The position numbers and the translations under genes were made by a program. From Octopus vulgaris (taxonomy: Eukaryota), in the NCBI GenBank assembly GCA_951406725.2, contig OX597818.1:12648001-12712000 (forward strand): a stretch of DNA of 64,000 bases, written 5' to 3'. Under the pieces are notes generated by a model. It saw only the letters and a list, made by a program, of their open reading frames with translations, was not told the DNA's origin and searched no databases. This document shows positions 1 to 14,068 of this stretch, one piece after another. How positions within the stretch are numbered: position 1 is the stretch's first letter; each line of letters begins with the position of its first letter.

Positions 1-137
1 CCAGGACCTACTCTTTGTAAGCCAAGTACTTATTCTATCGGTCTCTTTTGCCGAATCGCTAAGTGACGGGGACGTAAACACACCAGCATCGGTTGTCAAG
101 CAATGCTAGGGGGGACAAACACAGATACACAAACAGG

Positions 138-178
<41 letters not shown>

Positions 179-352
179 CTATACATATATACGACTGGCT
201 TCTTTCAGTTTCCGTCTACCAAATCCACTCACAAGGCATTGGTCGGACCGAGGCTTTAGTAGAAGACACCTGCTGAAGGTGCCACGCAGTGGGACTGAAC
301 CCGGAACCATGTGGTTGGTAAGCAATCTACTTACGACAAAGCCACTCCTGCA
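1..352 (-). mobile_element. tRNA-derived SINE, family A (Octopus OR/OK-like, CORE-like body)
   Basis: Reverse complement reads caggagtggct..gtaagtag..accaaccacatggttccgggttcagtcccactgcgtggcacc (Pol III A/B-box head), then a body with an internal (TA)/(TG) tract. It aligns by eye with the copy at 51505-51885. Confidence 0.85.
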
Positions 353-610
353 CATAATACATTTGTTTTAATTCTTTGCATATAGAAATACGATTATTTT
401 CATATTTCAAAGTACATCAGCACGTGCACATATGAGTTTCTATTTTATGCATGCTATATCCAGAATATAATTATGAGTTTGTGATTCAACGATATATATA
501 TATATCTGTCCCATTCGTCCTTTTTCTTTTCTGACTTTCCATTATTTTTAAGAGTGAACTTCTTTATGTCAATGCTCCAACAATTGTGCTTGTGTAGATG
601 TGGTGTTGTG

Positions 611-839
<229 letters not shown>

Positions 840-2029
840 ATTTGATGTTGTTCTATGCTAGAGTCTCTCTCATTGCCCATGTAATATCTATATCATCTTA
901 ATCTTTTGTTTCCTAGTTGTGGTGGAGTTTTGGCGATGTTAGCAGTTTGAGCGCTTCCTGCTTTTATTCTGTAATAGCAGTAAGGAATTTTTCACATACG
1001 ACCAAGTGAAAATAATCTATGAGGGTAAACTATGAGGGCAAACTCTGTACATGATTAGTTGCAGATGGAAGTAGAACTATTTAGATTTGTTTGGGTGGAT
1101 CTCCGTAGGAACGTAAACACCAATGTTTTTAACATACATACACACATATGTATATAAAAAACTTGCGACATCAGACGAGAACGTATTAGAGGACATTTTG
1201 AACACACATTTGTGAACGCTGACTGTTGCAATTATGATGGTACCTCCAGCCTTAAGCAATAAATGGTTTATTTCTTCTGTTATAACTATAAAAAACTTGT
1301 AATTACCGGCTTAGGGCTATTCTGAGAAGATTAGTAAATATCTCTTATACCACGTGGACTTTTGCACTTAAGATTGCGATGATATTTTTAACAACACAAC
1401 GCTGATGCCCACACAAGCAGTATGAGGATCGGATAAAACTTTCATAGACTGACAAAAACATACCCCTTTAAGAATCAACGAATGTTAGTTTGTCTCCCTC
1501 ACATTTTTATGGCAAACGAAGCCCCAGGTTGAGATCACTGCTGACCATGTGAATGATCTTCGATCATGTTTCAATAGTCACATGCAAGATTTCACAGCGC
1601 GAGTATAACTCCTTCATAGTCAGCCTAAGAATTTTTCTGCCCACCCTCGAGCTATCACATATCTAAGTTATAGACATGATATTAGTGCACGTCTTACCCC
1701 ACTTGTTATTTACATACGGATCAGAATGCATTACGGGTCTTTGCAAAAGTCTGAAATGGCCCTTCTATCGATTATAGGACGCGACTAATAAATAAATTTT
1801 ACAGTAAAACAATTGTTATTCTCACTCTCGTGATGCCAATCGATTTTCTCAAAAGACTGACAAACGTCCAAAATCTGTCAAAAGTGAGATTGAAAATAAT
1901 GTAAACAAATCACTGCTGCCACGACTAAACTTTAGTGTATCTCCATATATAACTGATTCGACAGAGACGACTGTTAAATAGATTTAACTTAAGAACTGTT
2001 TCAGACCACAGTTAGTAATAATGTTCCAG

Positions 2030-2860
2030 TTTTTGAAACCCATTGTTAAACGAGCGGCCATTTCTAACGCGATTACAGAAGAAATCAAGTGTTTTCGATG
2101 ATATTACTGCAGAGCATATACAATCATAAAATGCTATAACTCTTAAAGAGACCGAGGAGAAACTTGCAGCACACGAGCTAATCATGTCACAAAATGGAAG
2201 TAACCCAGTGGAAAAATAATACTTGGAGGAAAAATCAACAATCAACAATTTATGGCAGAATTGAAGCCACACAACACCAATTGTCGTACGCAAAAAATAA
2301 CAAAACTACGGCGAATCTACAGGCCAAAGTCTTCTGGAAAAGTTAATTACTTTAAAAAGCAACCGCGAAACATTGCTTCAAATTCAATAGAAAAGACGAA
2401 AAACATTGCCGTTTAGAAAACATCTTCTCAGGAAGATCTTGAGACATTAATGATTGTTGTTTGAAATCCGGATCGATAAGAGAGTTTTCAACGAGGATGC
2501 CTCGAGGCGAAATACGATTAGGAAAGAAAACTGTATCGACGTCAACAGTAAAACATACTAAATTAGCCCTGAACCTCCCCCATAGCTGTAGGCAAATTAT
2601 ATAATTCATTAATACGTATATACAAAAGAAATTTGGAAGACCAGATTTTTATATACCATATAAATCTCTTGGACGAGAATGAAATCACTATGTTGGTCGA
2701 AAAATATTAATCCACTGCTTGATTAAATCTTATGTAAAAGCTGTTGTGACCAGTTTGCCCACGATCAGTGTGAGTCCAGTAACATAGTGGTTGATGAGCC
2801 GACAGGTAGAAGGATAATGGAGATGTGTCTAACAACGTTTGGTAAACATAGCTGTATTGT
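2030..2860 (+). pseudogene. Highly decayed coding-like stretch, possibly an RTE-type LINE relic
   Basis: Long protein-like frame with scattered stops. Weak IS..GKLY and EDQIFI-like words near 2560-2660. Family assignment is tentative. Confidence 0.25.
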
Positions 2861-3700
2861 CCTAAGTAAGATAAAATCTCTGAAACCTCGTTATGCTTTG
2901 ACTAGTTAAAAAAAAATTATTCGAATCTACTTCCCATTCATGGTTAACGAAGTCGTTGCATGTGGCATATGTACATGCTATCACAGTTGCTGCCACCGGG
3001 AGGCTAACGACGATCTGAGTAACAATCCTTAAACTTACAACAGAGAGCAGAACAATCATCTCCGATTTTATAAATATTACAGAGGAAATGTTCCAAAAAT
3101 AATTTCGGCTAATATTTCGGCTTTAAATACGTTATCATTTCTGTTGCTAAAATTCAATGGCAAAATGCTAGGGTTTGTTACTGCTATACCTACCAATGTC
3201 CCCAGAATTTCTTTGTGAATGACTTGAGAATATACGCTAAAAATACTTACAATGCCAATAATCAAGTAGAATTTATGACATTTGCAGCTGATACAGGAGT
3301 TCACTTTTGTCAATAGCGATGTTCTTATTTGATTGCTGAACGTGCAAAGTGAGTTTCCCTAACACACAAAATTTGTATCAACAGTTTCTATCTCATATGT
3401 TCCATACGAAAAGCATGCTTGGGCATGATGAAAATATAAAGCATGAAGGTGTTGTGAATAAAAATAAAGGGACTCAAGGATATTACACCATATTTAGAAA
3501 AAAAAACTAAACAATATCCCACAATTAATTTGGAGTATCAGAGCTGCAACTCATACTTCGGATATTTATAGGTCTGGAGAGGAAATCCACTTCATATATA
3601 TAGAATTCTATAAGATTTCCAATTCAGCAGGAAAACTTCGGTAAAAACAGTAATATTCTTGTTAAGAATCACGTTTCTAAAATGGAGGAAGAAATTCGAA

Positions 3701-3772
3701 GGTTTTGTTTGGCCCAATGGTAGAACGCCCGTCATGTCTACAGTTGATGCAGGCTCGAATTCCACGGCAACC
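3701..3772 (+). pseudogene. Degenerate tRNA-like sequence or SINE head
   Basis: 72 nt with A-box TGGCCCAATGG, B-box-like GGCTCGAATTCC and ggtt...aacc ends. Stems are mismatched, so it is not a functional tRNA. Confidence 0.4.
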
Positions 3773-3919
3773 GTCAACACTATCCCTCCAAAAGAGTTTT
3801 TCAACCCAATATTTACATGCTATCATGTATAGGTTTGTATGCTTCGAGATCCAGTACACACACACACACATATATTTATGTATACATTTATAATTAGTTG
3901 TTATCTGTCTGTCTACGCA

Positions 3920-4142
3920 CGTATGTATGTATGTATGTATGTATGTATGTATGTATGTATGTATGTATGTATGTATGTATGTATGTATGTATGTATGTAT
4001 GTATGTATGTATGTATGTATGTATGTATGTATGTATGTATGTATGTATGTATGTATGTATGTATGTATGTATGTATGTATGTATGCATGCATGTATGTAT
4101 GTATGTATGTATGTATCTATCTATCTATCTATCTATCTATCT
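3920..4142. repeat. (TATG)n followed by (TATC)n microsatellite
   Basis: Read directly. Confidence 0.97.
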
Positions 4143-4212
4143 AAAGTGATTGTGTGTGAGTAGATGTATACATATGTGCTTACATAATATATATATATAT
4201 ATGTATGTATAT

Positions 4213-5140
4213 ACTACCAGGAGCACCCGTAATTGACTGGTTTGCAAAAAGTTGCCAAAGTTGTACTATGAATATTGAAAGTTATTCACTGAGATTGTCC
4301 CGAACTTATATAAGAAATGGTGGTTAAGTTTCTTATAGATGATAGAGCCGTTTCCTTCAGGCCAATATTATTGTGGGTCCATATAAACTTTTGATCTCTA
4401 GTACTTCAGTCTATAAATGAAGCAAACATCATACAGACTGTGACTTATATGTAGTACAAGACAAGTAAATAATAGTTCGGGGAAAATTAGAAACATAGGT
4501 ACTATAATTTATGGAAATAAGTAATACAACAAAAAAAAAATACAAATAGCTTTTCTTTGACGAATATAGTATGACGTCAATATTATTAATCATTCTGCAA
4601 ATTTTAGTTTGTGGACCCCATGCAAAAAACTTACTTATGTTTCGGGTATATTGAAAGGTATTAAAGGTAAGCGAGAAATAACATCTTCACCTTTTCCATA
4701 GCCAGTAATTTCTAGACAACATGTCTTGTAACATTGGTTGAATAAGTTTGTGCAGAAGCATGATTGGAGCGCCTATTTTCACTGGAAGACAATGTGGAGG
4801 AGCACCTTGTGCCCCCAATGAGTTTAAGAACTCAGCCGGGTATTTGACTGCTTCCTATTCATCCACAACAAAATCTATAGATTTGTTATTATCTTAGTTT
4901 CCTGGCAAAAGTTTCTGGAAACTTTCATTTAAATTATTTGCAGTAATGTTCTTTGGTGCCATGGTTGCTCTTGCGCACCACCAAGCAGCATTTATGTAAT
5001 CTCTAATTATACTTGGAAAAACTTTTCAATAAGTTCCTCAACCGAGCTGAACAAGGTGCAGATTTTTTATGGATTTCAGTCACCTTCATGATCTAGCCTT
5101 CTTTCTCCAAGTTGCAAAATTGTAAGGGGCAAATTGTTCC
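4213..5140 (-). mobile_element. Helitron 3' portion: decayed PIF1-like helicase C-terminus plus 3' terminal hairpin
   Basis: Minus strand 4980->4741 translates [11 protein letters not shown]...[47 protein letters not shown], then [17 protein letters not shown], which are RepHel helicase motifs. Imperfect hairpin at 4226-4240 and a CTAG-like end (GTAG) at about 4214. Confidence 0.85.
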
Positions 5141-5904
5141 GACAGATGATCGCCATGCACATGTGCGGTCATGCATATTTGTAGAATGCTTTAACACTTT
5201 GACATGCTTCCATAAAACAGATTTCAAGCATGCTTTCACAAATTTTATACCATGACGACAGCGACGTCACATTTTCTATATCAGTATGTATGTGTCTTCA
5301 GTGTGTGTGTGTTTGCGCGTTCGTTACACATGTTAGGCCGATGACTGAGAAGTATATGTGTGACGGCGCATGTGTCTGTCAGTATGCATACATTTGTGTG
5401 AAACTGACACACACACATCTACATCCACACACACACACACTCACACACACATACACACTTTTAAAAATAGAGACAGACGCAGAGAAAGACAGAGAAGGGC
5501 TTGAGGTGTGCGTGAATGTATATCAGTGTGTGTTTGCCTTTGTATATGTATGTGACTGTATCACCCGACAGTGAAACACGCCGATTTTGAAAGAGTTTAG
5601 CTTAGTTGCAGCCTGGACGTTGAACGAAACAGCGTTCACTTTGAAGTACCACTGTCTGAATTTTCCTCTTCATCATGGAGAGTTGCGGTTTAAACGGCAT
5701 TAAATAATATCACTACTTTTGTGCCGAAATGTTATTCTGGCTTTTATAACCAATATGAAATTTGGCTGATTTGACAGCACTCAGAACATTCGAAAACATA
5801 TCTGAAAAAAATGTTATTCTGGTTATTATAACAAATTTAGAAATGTGGCGAAGTAAAAAGCCTTAGGTGCTCTTTCAATATAATTACAGAAATACAGTTC
5901 TATA

Positions 5905-6065
5905 TTTCAGAGATGAGGAATTATGTACATTATTTACATTTGACAGATATTTGTCCTCATCCTGTTTTTTATTAACACATCATTTCGGATGATATACCCT
6001 CCAGCCTTCAGGGGTGTCTTGGGGAAATTTGGAACCTGGGTTCTCATTTCTAAGGTATTTTTTGA

Positions 6066-6067
<2 letters not shown>
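5905..6067 (-). mobile_element. Penelope-like terminal repeat or non-autonomous element tail with a degenerate hammerhead-like core
   Basis: Minus strand cctgaa-ggctg-gagggtatat-catcc-gaaa, a CUGANGA...GAAA-like layout with a deleted core. Adjacent to (TTA)n. Confidence 0.5.
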
Positions 6068-6134
<67 letters not shown>

Positions 6135-6151
6135 CATCATCATCATCATCA

Positions 6152-6237
<86 letters not shown>

Positions 6238-6363
6238 GTTATTATTATTATTATAATTATTATTCTATGTTTGACTTTTGCTTTATGTCTGTACAAGTTG
6301 GCTCCAAGTCTCACCCAGAGACCTCAAGAGACAATAGGTTGGAAGTTCACGTTGGAAGTTCAC

Positions 6364-6431
<68 letters not shown>

Positions 6432-6432
6432 A
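6068..6432. repeat. (TTA)n/(TCA)n microsatellites interrupted by a non-repeat insert at about 6263-6365
   Basis: Read directly. Confidence 0.95.
6263..6365 (-). mobile_element. Probable 3' end of a non-LTR (R4/Dong-like) element embedded in (TAA)n
   Basis: About 100 bp unique insert with (TAA)n on both sides. R4/Dong coding relics occur elsewhere in the window. The assignment is inferred. Confidence 0.45.
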
Positions 6433-7554
6433 TAATGTAAATAATGTATATATATATATACACGTATATACACTTTCACACACACACGCAACAGAATGAC
6501 ACACAGAGATAGGTACACAGGCATTTATACAGAAAGAGAGAGAGGGAGTGAGAGCTACAGAATGACACACAGAGATCGAAATATACACACACCCATACGC
6601 GTGCACACACATGCAGACACACACGAATGCACATAAACCTCCATACACAACCCTCCACGCACACGACCCTCCATACACACAACACACACAAACATACCTG
6701 CACACACAATCATACACACAAGTACATATATTCTACATACTCATACGAACATACACACACATACACACACGCACACACGAACCCACACACATGTACATAT
6801 ACAAAGACAGAGAGGCAAAGTGCCATAGGGAGAGTGAGACACACGCGCACCCACACACATGTTCCCACACATATACACACATTCCCACTCCGTCTACATT
6901 CAAATGCCAATACACATAAAGACATCCACATCCTTAAGACAGCTTCAGATTGCCTCTCAGACACCCTTCAAACTGCCCCAACTGACAATTCTGACAATTC
7001 CATCTACACACACGTGGTAAAACGCACACATACACACCCACAATCTGTCACTATAGCTGCTGATCTCTCACTATGGCATGAACAGACCACTCACATAAGG
7101 AAAACATAGAGTGAAATCTAAGTTACGGTTTCTATTCTGAAGGCAGGCCGCGAAAATAAAAAAGACAAAAATACAAAAACTTTTCTACAGATAAAAATAC
7201 AAAACCAATGAACGAAATATAATAATGCTATTAAAGTGCAACTTACATTCAATTATTACCCTTAGACAGGTCATTTATTTGGGAACGGTGGTATGTGCAA
7301 CATGTGCAAAAAAGGGCCCGTAGCTCCCTTAGGATGGCACCTAGAAACTCGGGAACACTTGTATAGTGTTCAATGCAAAATGTTACACTCACATAGCCGT
7401 TCATCTTTGAAATATAGATATATAGTGATTTTATTCTTGTTTTTGTTATAGGTCCGCGGTCAAGATGGTACACCACCTAGCATGTTTGAGTCAATGAAAT
7501 CCCCGCTCACCCCGTACTTATGTTTTAAACAGATGCCTATTCTCTTCACCTGAA

Positions 7555-7862
7555 CCGCTGAGTTACGGGGACATAAACACCAAATCTGGTTGTCAACTGA
7601 GGCTAGAAGACAAACACGTACGCAAAGACATGAGACGCACACACACATAAATTGTTATAAATATACATACACCACATAAATACACACACACACATACGAT
7701 GGGACGCTTCCACTTTCTCTCTACCAGTTCTACAAACCTTTGGTGGAAACAAAAGTATAGTGAAAGACACCTGCTCAAAGCGCAACGTAGTGGGGCTGAA
7801 TATAAGACCATGCGTATGGGAAGAAATTGTCTTTATCACATTGTCACACTGTGCCTCTACGC
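7555..7862 (-). mobile_element. Diverged family A SINE
   Basis: aagacacctgctcaaagcgcaacgtagtggggctgaa and gttacgggga/ggttgtcaa are homologous to 1-352. Confidence 0.7.
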
Positions 7863-7941
7863 ACATTTAAAAAAATGCAGTTCAAGTTATGACAAATACA
7901 GGCTTATAAATGAGGAGCATATCCAGTCACCGAAAGCTTTT

Positions 7942-7986
<45 letters not shown>

Positions 7987-8672
7987 TTTCTTTTTTCTGA
8001 ACACTGCATCAGTCAGACTCATGCCTATGCTTTAAGCTGTTGCTGCTGATACTTAGAACAGCACAACCTAGTACAAATCGAAATGAGACGTCATGAGTAG
8101 GGACACAACGACGAAATACAATTTCTGGATACAACATAAAAATGTTCCACACTTAAATAAATATCTCGATTAATGAAGGGCTGCCACTATATTCCCAACA
8201 GAAAATAACTTTACACCTGGCTGCATCGTATAGAAATAACCTGAAGAAAGTGGTAGCAAGTGATATAGTTCGATATTTTTGTGGTGAAAATATAACATCG
8301 CCTGGGCGTTCACATTCTCTTCTTGGTTCATATTCAATCAGCAGTCATGTACGTACTTTCCGCTATCTGAAATTGAATTCTGTATGTAAGATGTAATCGA
8401 TGTGTTCTATAAGTTATAAACGCAGTAATTCGCTCAGCTAAGAGATATTTCCAACAGTCTTGCTTACACAAAAAAGGATCCATTCAAATGCTGTCAATTT
8501 TATGAAGCACTTTTTATATTGGCAGATAATAAATGATGCATTACTACAACCCAATACGTAACACCGTAAGAAACGCAAATTGAACCATGTATGTATGTGT
8601 GTATGTATGTATGCATGTATGTATGTATTTATGTATGTATGTATGAGTGTATGTATATATGTATGCATATAA

Positions 8673-8716
<44 letters not shown>

Positions 8717-8799
8717 GTATGCATATCTATGTATATGTATGCATATATGTATGGATATATATATATATATATATATACATGTATATGTCTGTGTGTGAG

Positions 8800-9121
8800 G
8801 TGTGTCTTTTTGTTTGTGATTGTCACCACATCACCGCTTGCCAACTGCTGTTGATGTATTAATGTCTCCGTAACTTAGAGGCTCAGGAAAAGTGAGCAAT
8901 AGATTAAGCACTGGGATTTAAAATATCCTGTGGACGATTTGCTAGGATAAAACCCTTCAAGGCAGTGCTCCAGTATGGACGCAGTCAAACGATTGAAACT
9001 TGTACAAGAAAAAAGTTACTTGACTGCGGCCATAACGAAGGGTTTAATTGGACAAATCGACCATAGAACTTTTTAAGCCCAGTACTTAATCTTTCGGTTA
9101 GTTTTTCCGAACCTCTAAGTT
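8800..9121. mobile_element. Two family A SINE 3' halves in inverted (tail-to-tail) orientation
   Basis: aacttagagg...attaagcactggg...cgatttg...aaacccttc...gcagtcaa on the plus strand is mirrored by ttgactgc...gaagggttt...caaatcga...cccagtacttaat...cctctaagtt. Confidence 0.75.
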
Positions 9122-9122
9122 G

Positions 9123-9213
<91 letters not shown>

Positions 9214-10894
9214 AAACTTATCTTGCTAATCATTAAGATAGTGCTGCTGTGGTTAGTGAGACGGTTTGACTTTTATTTCTTGCAATGGTATGTATTCCAA
9301 CAATTTGTAATTCAGCAATCCGGATTATTCTTTCACTTCAACAGAATATTTGGGTTATTGCAAAGATAAACAGTTTCGACGTAATCCTAACCAGGTAAGA
9401 ACCATTCACAGCATCCCCAGGTTTCAGTTCAAATCCAGGAGATACCTGTGAAGGGCATTACCTAGTCAAGTGTCTGTAGATCCCTTGAGGGATATCAGAT
9501 AACGTTGTAGGGAAAACTCCAAAGTCAATTCACGCTGAAATTCTATACTTTTTCCACTGGAACTCTTATCGATTTATCTCAGCGTGCTAAAAAGAAGTTT
9601 TGTTAACATAATATACTAAATATATGAAATATATAACCTGTATTATACAATATTCTATATGATGTATAATATTCCTTTTTCAATATAGAAATCAAAACAA
9701 ATTATAAGAAGTCTTTACTGTAGAATATATTTATACATAGGTTCCTTTGCGTTCATTCTTCGTACGAGTTGTCCTTAAAAGTCTTAATATGCTTTACAAT
9801 TCTTCCCACAGCCTACCAATTCTTTAAATATACTTTCCTCTTACAAGGTTTTATAATTTCATTGATCTGATCACTATTGCTTGTTCTTTTCTTCTCAGAA
9901 TTTTTCTGTCGTGGTGTTTGTATGCGTGCATGTGGCAGGGTCATTGTGTACATGTTATGTCAGTCGTTCACTGGTCATCTATTAATCTATATGGCGCACC
10001 ATTCTTGCATGCGGTAGGTATCATGCAACAACATCGACCACACCTTCCATATACTTTTCTTCCACATCGCGAAACGCTCCATGTTATCCATGCTACTCCT
10101 TCTAGGTTATTACATTATTTCTTTAATTCTTTGAATATCTCACAATGTTTAGGCCTAGCATTACAGCATTTACTTTTGTTCCCACTTCAATTTAAGGAAA
10201 ATATTCAAAACCTTGGACTCGTTTTCTAACCTTTCCGTACAACACATATTTCACTACTTGGACTATTTGTATGACCTTTTACGAACGTCGAACATTTATT
10301 GTTTTCTAACTTTTATCTGTAAATGAAGCTTGAGTCATTTAAACTTTAGTCTCGTTTAACCGGAAATCACTATTGAGGAGTATCCGAGCAATTTCAATGG
10401 AAACTGCTGACATTGATTATAGAATTTTTAGTTTGAATTTTATACAAAGCTTGTCTGATATTTGCCAATATAAAACTGTGTAAACAACTTCGAAACTGAA
10501 AATGTTGCGACTCTGGAATAAATAATTTCTTCTTAAGTGCATCGCAATGAGATACTGAGAAAGAATTTAAAAGTCCTCTTGAAATGTATTACTGTATACT
10601 ACTGTCTCTTAACTATGTATTACTGTATACTGGGATGTTATTTGAACTAAGTAAATAAACAAACACGTGATTTAATGAATTAAATTCAAAATACGTTTTA
10701 AGCATACGTTTGGGAAAACCAGTTTCACAATTGTGTGAAAAAAATAAACAATTGTATCTTTCGAAGTTGTAGATTGACTGAAACGTAACAATTACAAAAA
10801 TGAACAATTTATATGACTTCAATTTCCATCTTGGAAACAATATCAGTATCGATCTCTTAGTTAAAAGTTTGTCTTACTAATATTTCGCTATGTT

Positions 10895-11110
10895 AAAGTG
10901 GCAGGCTGCCAGAATCGCTAGCAAGCCGGGCAAAACGTTTCACGGCATTTTGTCTGTTTTCACGATCTGGGTTCAAATTCCGCTGAGGTCGACTCTCCTT
11001 TTCATCCCTTCGTGTCGATAAAGTAGGTACCAGCTGAGCATTGAGGTCAATGTACTCGACTCATACACTTGCCCGAAATTTCAGGCCATGCTTGTATAGT
11101 AGATAGGAAT
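10895..11110 (+). mobile_element. tRNA-derived SINE, family B (Nin/Deu-domain-like)
   Basis: Head ggcaggctgccagaatcg..gttcaaattccgctgaggtcgac, then tttcatcccttcgtgtcgataaagtaggtaccag, resembling the Nin domain. Many homologues in the window. Confidence 0.75.
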
Positions 11111-13894
11111 ACTTTGCGATGTTCTGAAACTTGTACTTAAATAAAAGAGTAAAAAGTGAGGTTTGCCAAATATTTCCATCTCTGTATAAATGCTCAGTTG
11201 ATTTCTGTGATGCTGATGTTTTTACAGGCTCGAGTATATTAAAAAATAAGGAAAGAGCAATGAAGACCAGTTGGTTTAGCTTACTGTTTTAAGATTGTGT
11301 TTCTAGCGTATTGTTCCATGAAAGTGTGTTAGTTTGTAGATTCTTCTTCTTTTGCTTCAGTCAATACAGTATGGACATGTGACATACAAATATATGGTAA
11401 GTTGATATAATTAAGAATAGAACTAAGACTACAATGGACAAGAATATCCGATATTCTATCTCACCATTCTCTACCGTGCAAATCCGAATATGATTTAACA
11501 TGGTGATCGTCGTAAAATAGACATTTATATAATAGATCATTGCAATGACATCTTTAAGCAGTTCAAATATCTAATTGATCAGTATATTTTATATCTATAT
11601 ATCACTCGCCCATTTTAAACACATTACATAGTCTGGGCATTTAAGTATTTTAGAATATATGATTCATTTAAGGTTTTGTTTCGAAATGATTACACGAGTA
11701 ATTTAACAGACTGTAATATTCTTTTGTTGATTAATTACATATCCTTTAATGTCTTTGACTCCAATAACATTAAGATACGTTTTTAGTTATAGACAAGTAT
11801 CAATGACTAATAGTTTCATATGTTCATATATGCTATCAATCAATGTGTCACTGATACAATTTTATAAAGAGAGTATTTCCTCTACTTAACATTGGTGACA
11901 AATAGTTTATGTCACTTAATCACTCATTCCCTCACTCAGGCTGTTTATCAGAGTATGATTGTTTCGCATAAGGTTTATTTATACACTCATTTAATAGGAA
12001 CGTTTTATATAAACATTATGTGTATCTACAATAAAACAAAAAATTCAGTTGATAAGGTTTACAAAGTAAAATCGATCTTGAACTTCATCCACAATTAGTT
12101 TTTGTTGAATATGATTGAATCAATTCCTCGTTAGAGAATGACACATAACAAAGTTGACGACTAGTATTATCGGTCTATATTTGGTAAAAAAATCATTCTA
12201 AATCTATAGGGGAGTTTCTGACTAATGTTCCCAATCTGGTTTAGACTGGTAATAGCTTTCTGCTTATGTAGATGGGAAATAAATATGTTGAAGATCAAGA
12301 AAAAGCATTACTGTTACCAAAGCTTACATTCCCTATTTGTGCTCGGAGGGGTAACAACCCCCCGCCAAATTTATGATTAATAAAGAAAACAAAATGGGAA
12401 AATTCATTTTCTCCTAAGCCTGTCATACGGGTTCATTTTCTTACTGTACCTATTGCATTTTGGGAAAACCTAAACATGATTTTAAGCCATTCCTTTCTCT
12501 TAGTATAAAGCAATGTAATTCCGGCATACTCATACATACATATAAACGCACACACATATCGATAGGTTGGTAGATAGATAAATATACAGATGTATACTAA
12601 TATAAACAAATTTAAATGTGAGCTTCGAAAAGTTTCATGTGGGTGAACTATAGTGAAATCTTTCAAGCTCAAAACACAACATAGATGCTATCAGAGAAAA
12701 AAGGCTAGAAACAAGAAGAAAATTAAACGAGGAGAAGAAACGAGACATGAAAATACAATGAAGATGAAAAAGAGAAATGTGTCTTTGGTCCGGTAGGATG
12801 GTATTTAACAATGGTAATATTTAATTCGACAGAAAAAGTCTGTGTGACGATATGCCTAATCTGGAGAGGATAGTGTTCTCCAGTTCGATGATTGCAACTT
12901 CTCAAAATGCTGGCATTTAGTGAAAATTTCAGATACAGTATTCAGAATCTCAGTGAACTTCTGAGTGTTAAAAACAGTACCAGTTCTATAGGCTATACAA
13001 CGACTGCACGTTCATAGTAGTCTACCCATTTTTTCTTTTGCTTAATAATAGAAGTATTCCGACGCAGAGCCATATCAATCTATTTTGAGTTTAACTTTTC
13101 GTATGCATTTCTCGGTTCCGATACTCAAATAATTGTCATTTGCAGAAATTTTATCCGGTATTACATAAGAAAAATACAGAAGTTATTCGAAAGTGATGTT
13201 ACCTTTTAATTGTTTTTGAAAACATTCATCACCGATTTCTTCCGATTTCTAGCGGGGAAAACTTGTTAAAGGCAAAAAATGCATATCGAAAATTACAAAT
13301 ATACCAGGATAAAATAAACCGCACATCATAAATTATTGTAATCTGAAATCCTATATGTAATGTCTCGAAAATAGCACACATGAGGTAGAAATCTATGTAA
13401 GTATATATTTCCACTTTACACTTATAAATAAGTGTGTACACACACACATATATAGTCCTACGCACCTTCCACATTCAACTGTCCCTCTTCCATCTACACA
13501 CCTGCATACCGCCTGCCTCGGTACACTCACTACACACACACACACAAAACTATACTAACACCCATACACACTGTTGAACTCATTACTCACTTCACACACC
13601 ATTACACACACACACCCACAAACACTCCACACACACTGGCACCGAATACTTCTCAGCACCCACATCACATAGCCACACTCAATATTCAATAGCATCAGCA
13701 CACATGCCATTATAAAGCAGCCACACACACTGTTTAACTCAGTACACATATCACACGCAATTATGCACACTCTTACACCCACACATAATACCTAAGCACA
13801 GACAATATATACACACACTCGCCACATGAATAGACAAAGATAACTTTCGCCCACTTACACTATACACATGCACACTATTTGGTCACACACAGAG

Positions 13895-13965
<71 letters not shown>

Positions 13966-13994
13966 TATTATTATTATTATCATTATTATTATTA

Positions 13995-14056
<62 letters not shown>

Positions 14057-14068
14057 GTTATTATTATC
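13895..14068. repeat. (TTA)n microsatellite
   Basis: Read directly. Confidence 0.97.

Noticed and set aside
3701-3772. Functional tRNA gene
   Set aside because: Acceptor and T stems are mismatched and the B box is altered.
8316-8334. 19-mer nearly identical to 20206-20224 (both read YEPRR on the minus strand)
   Set aside because: Similarity does not extend. One such match is plausible by chance in 64 kb of AT-rich DNA.
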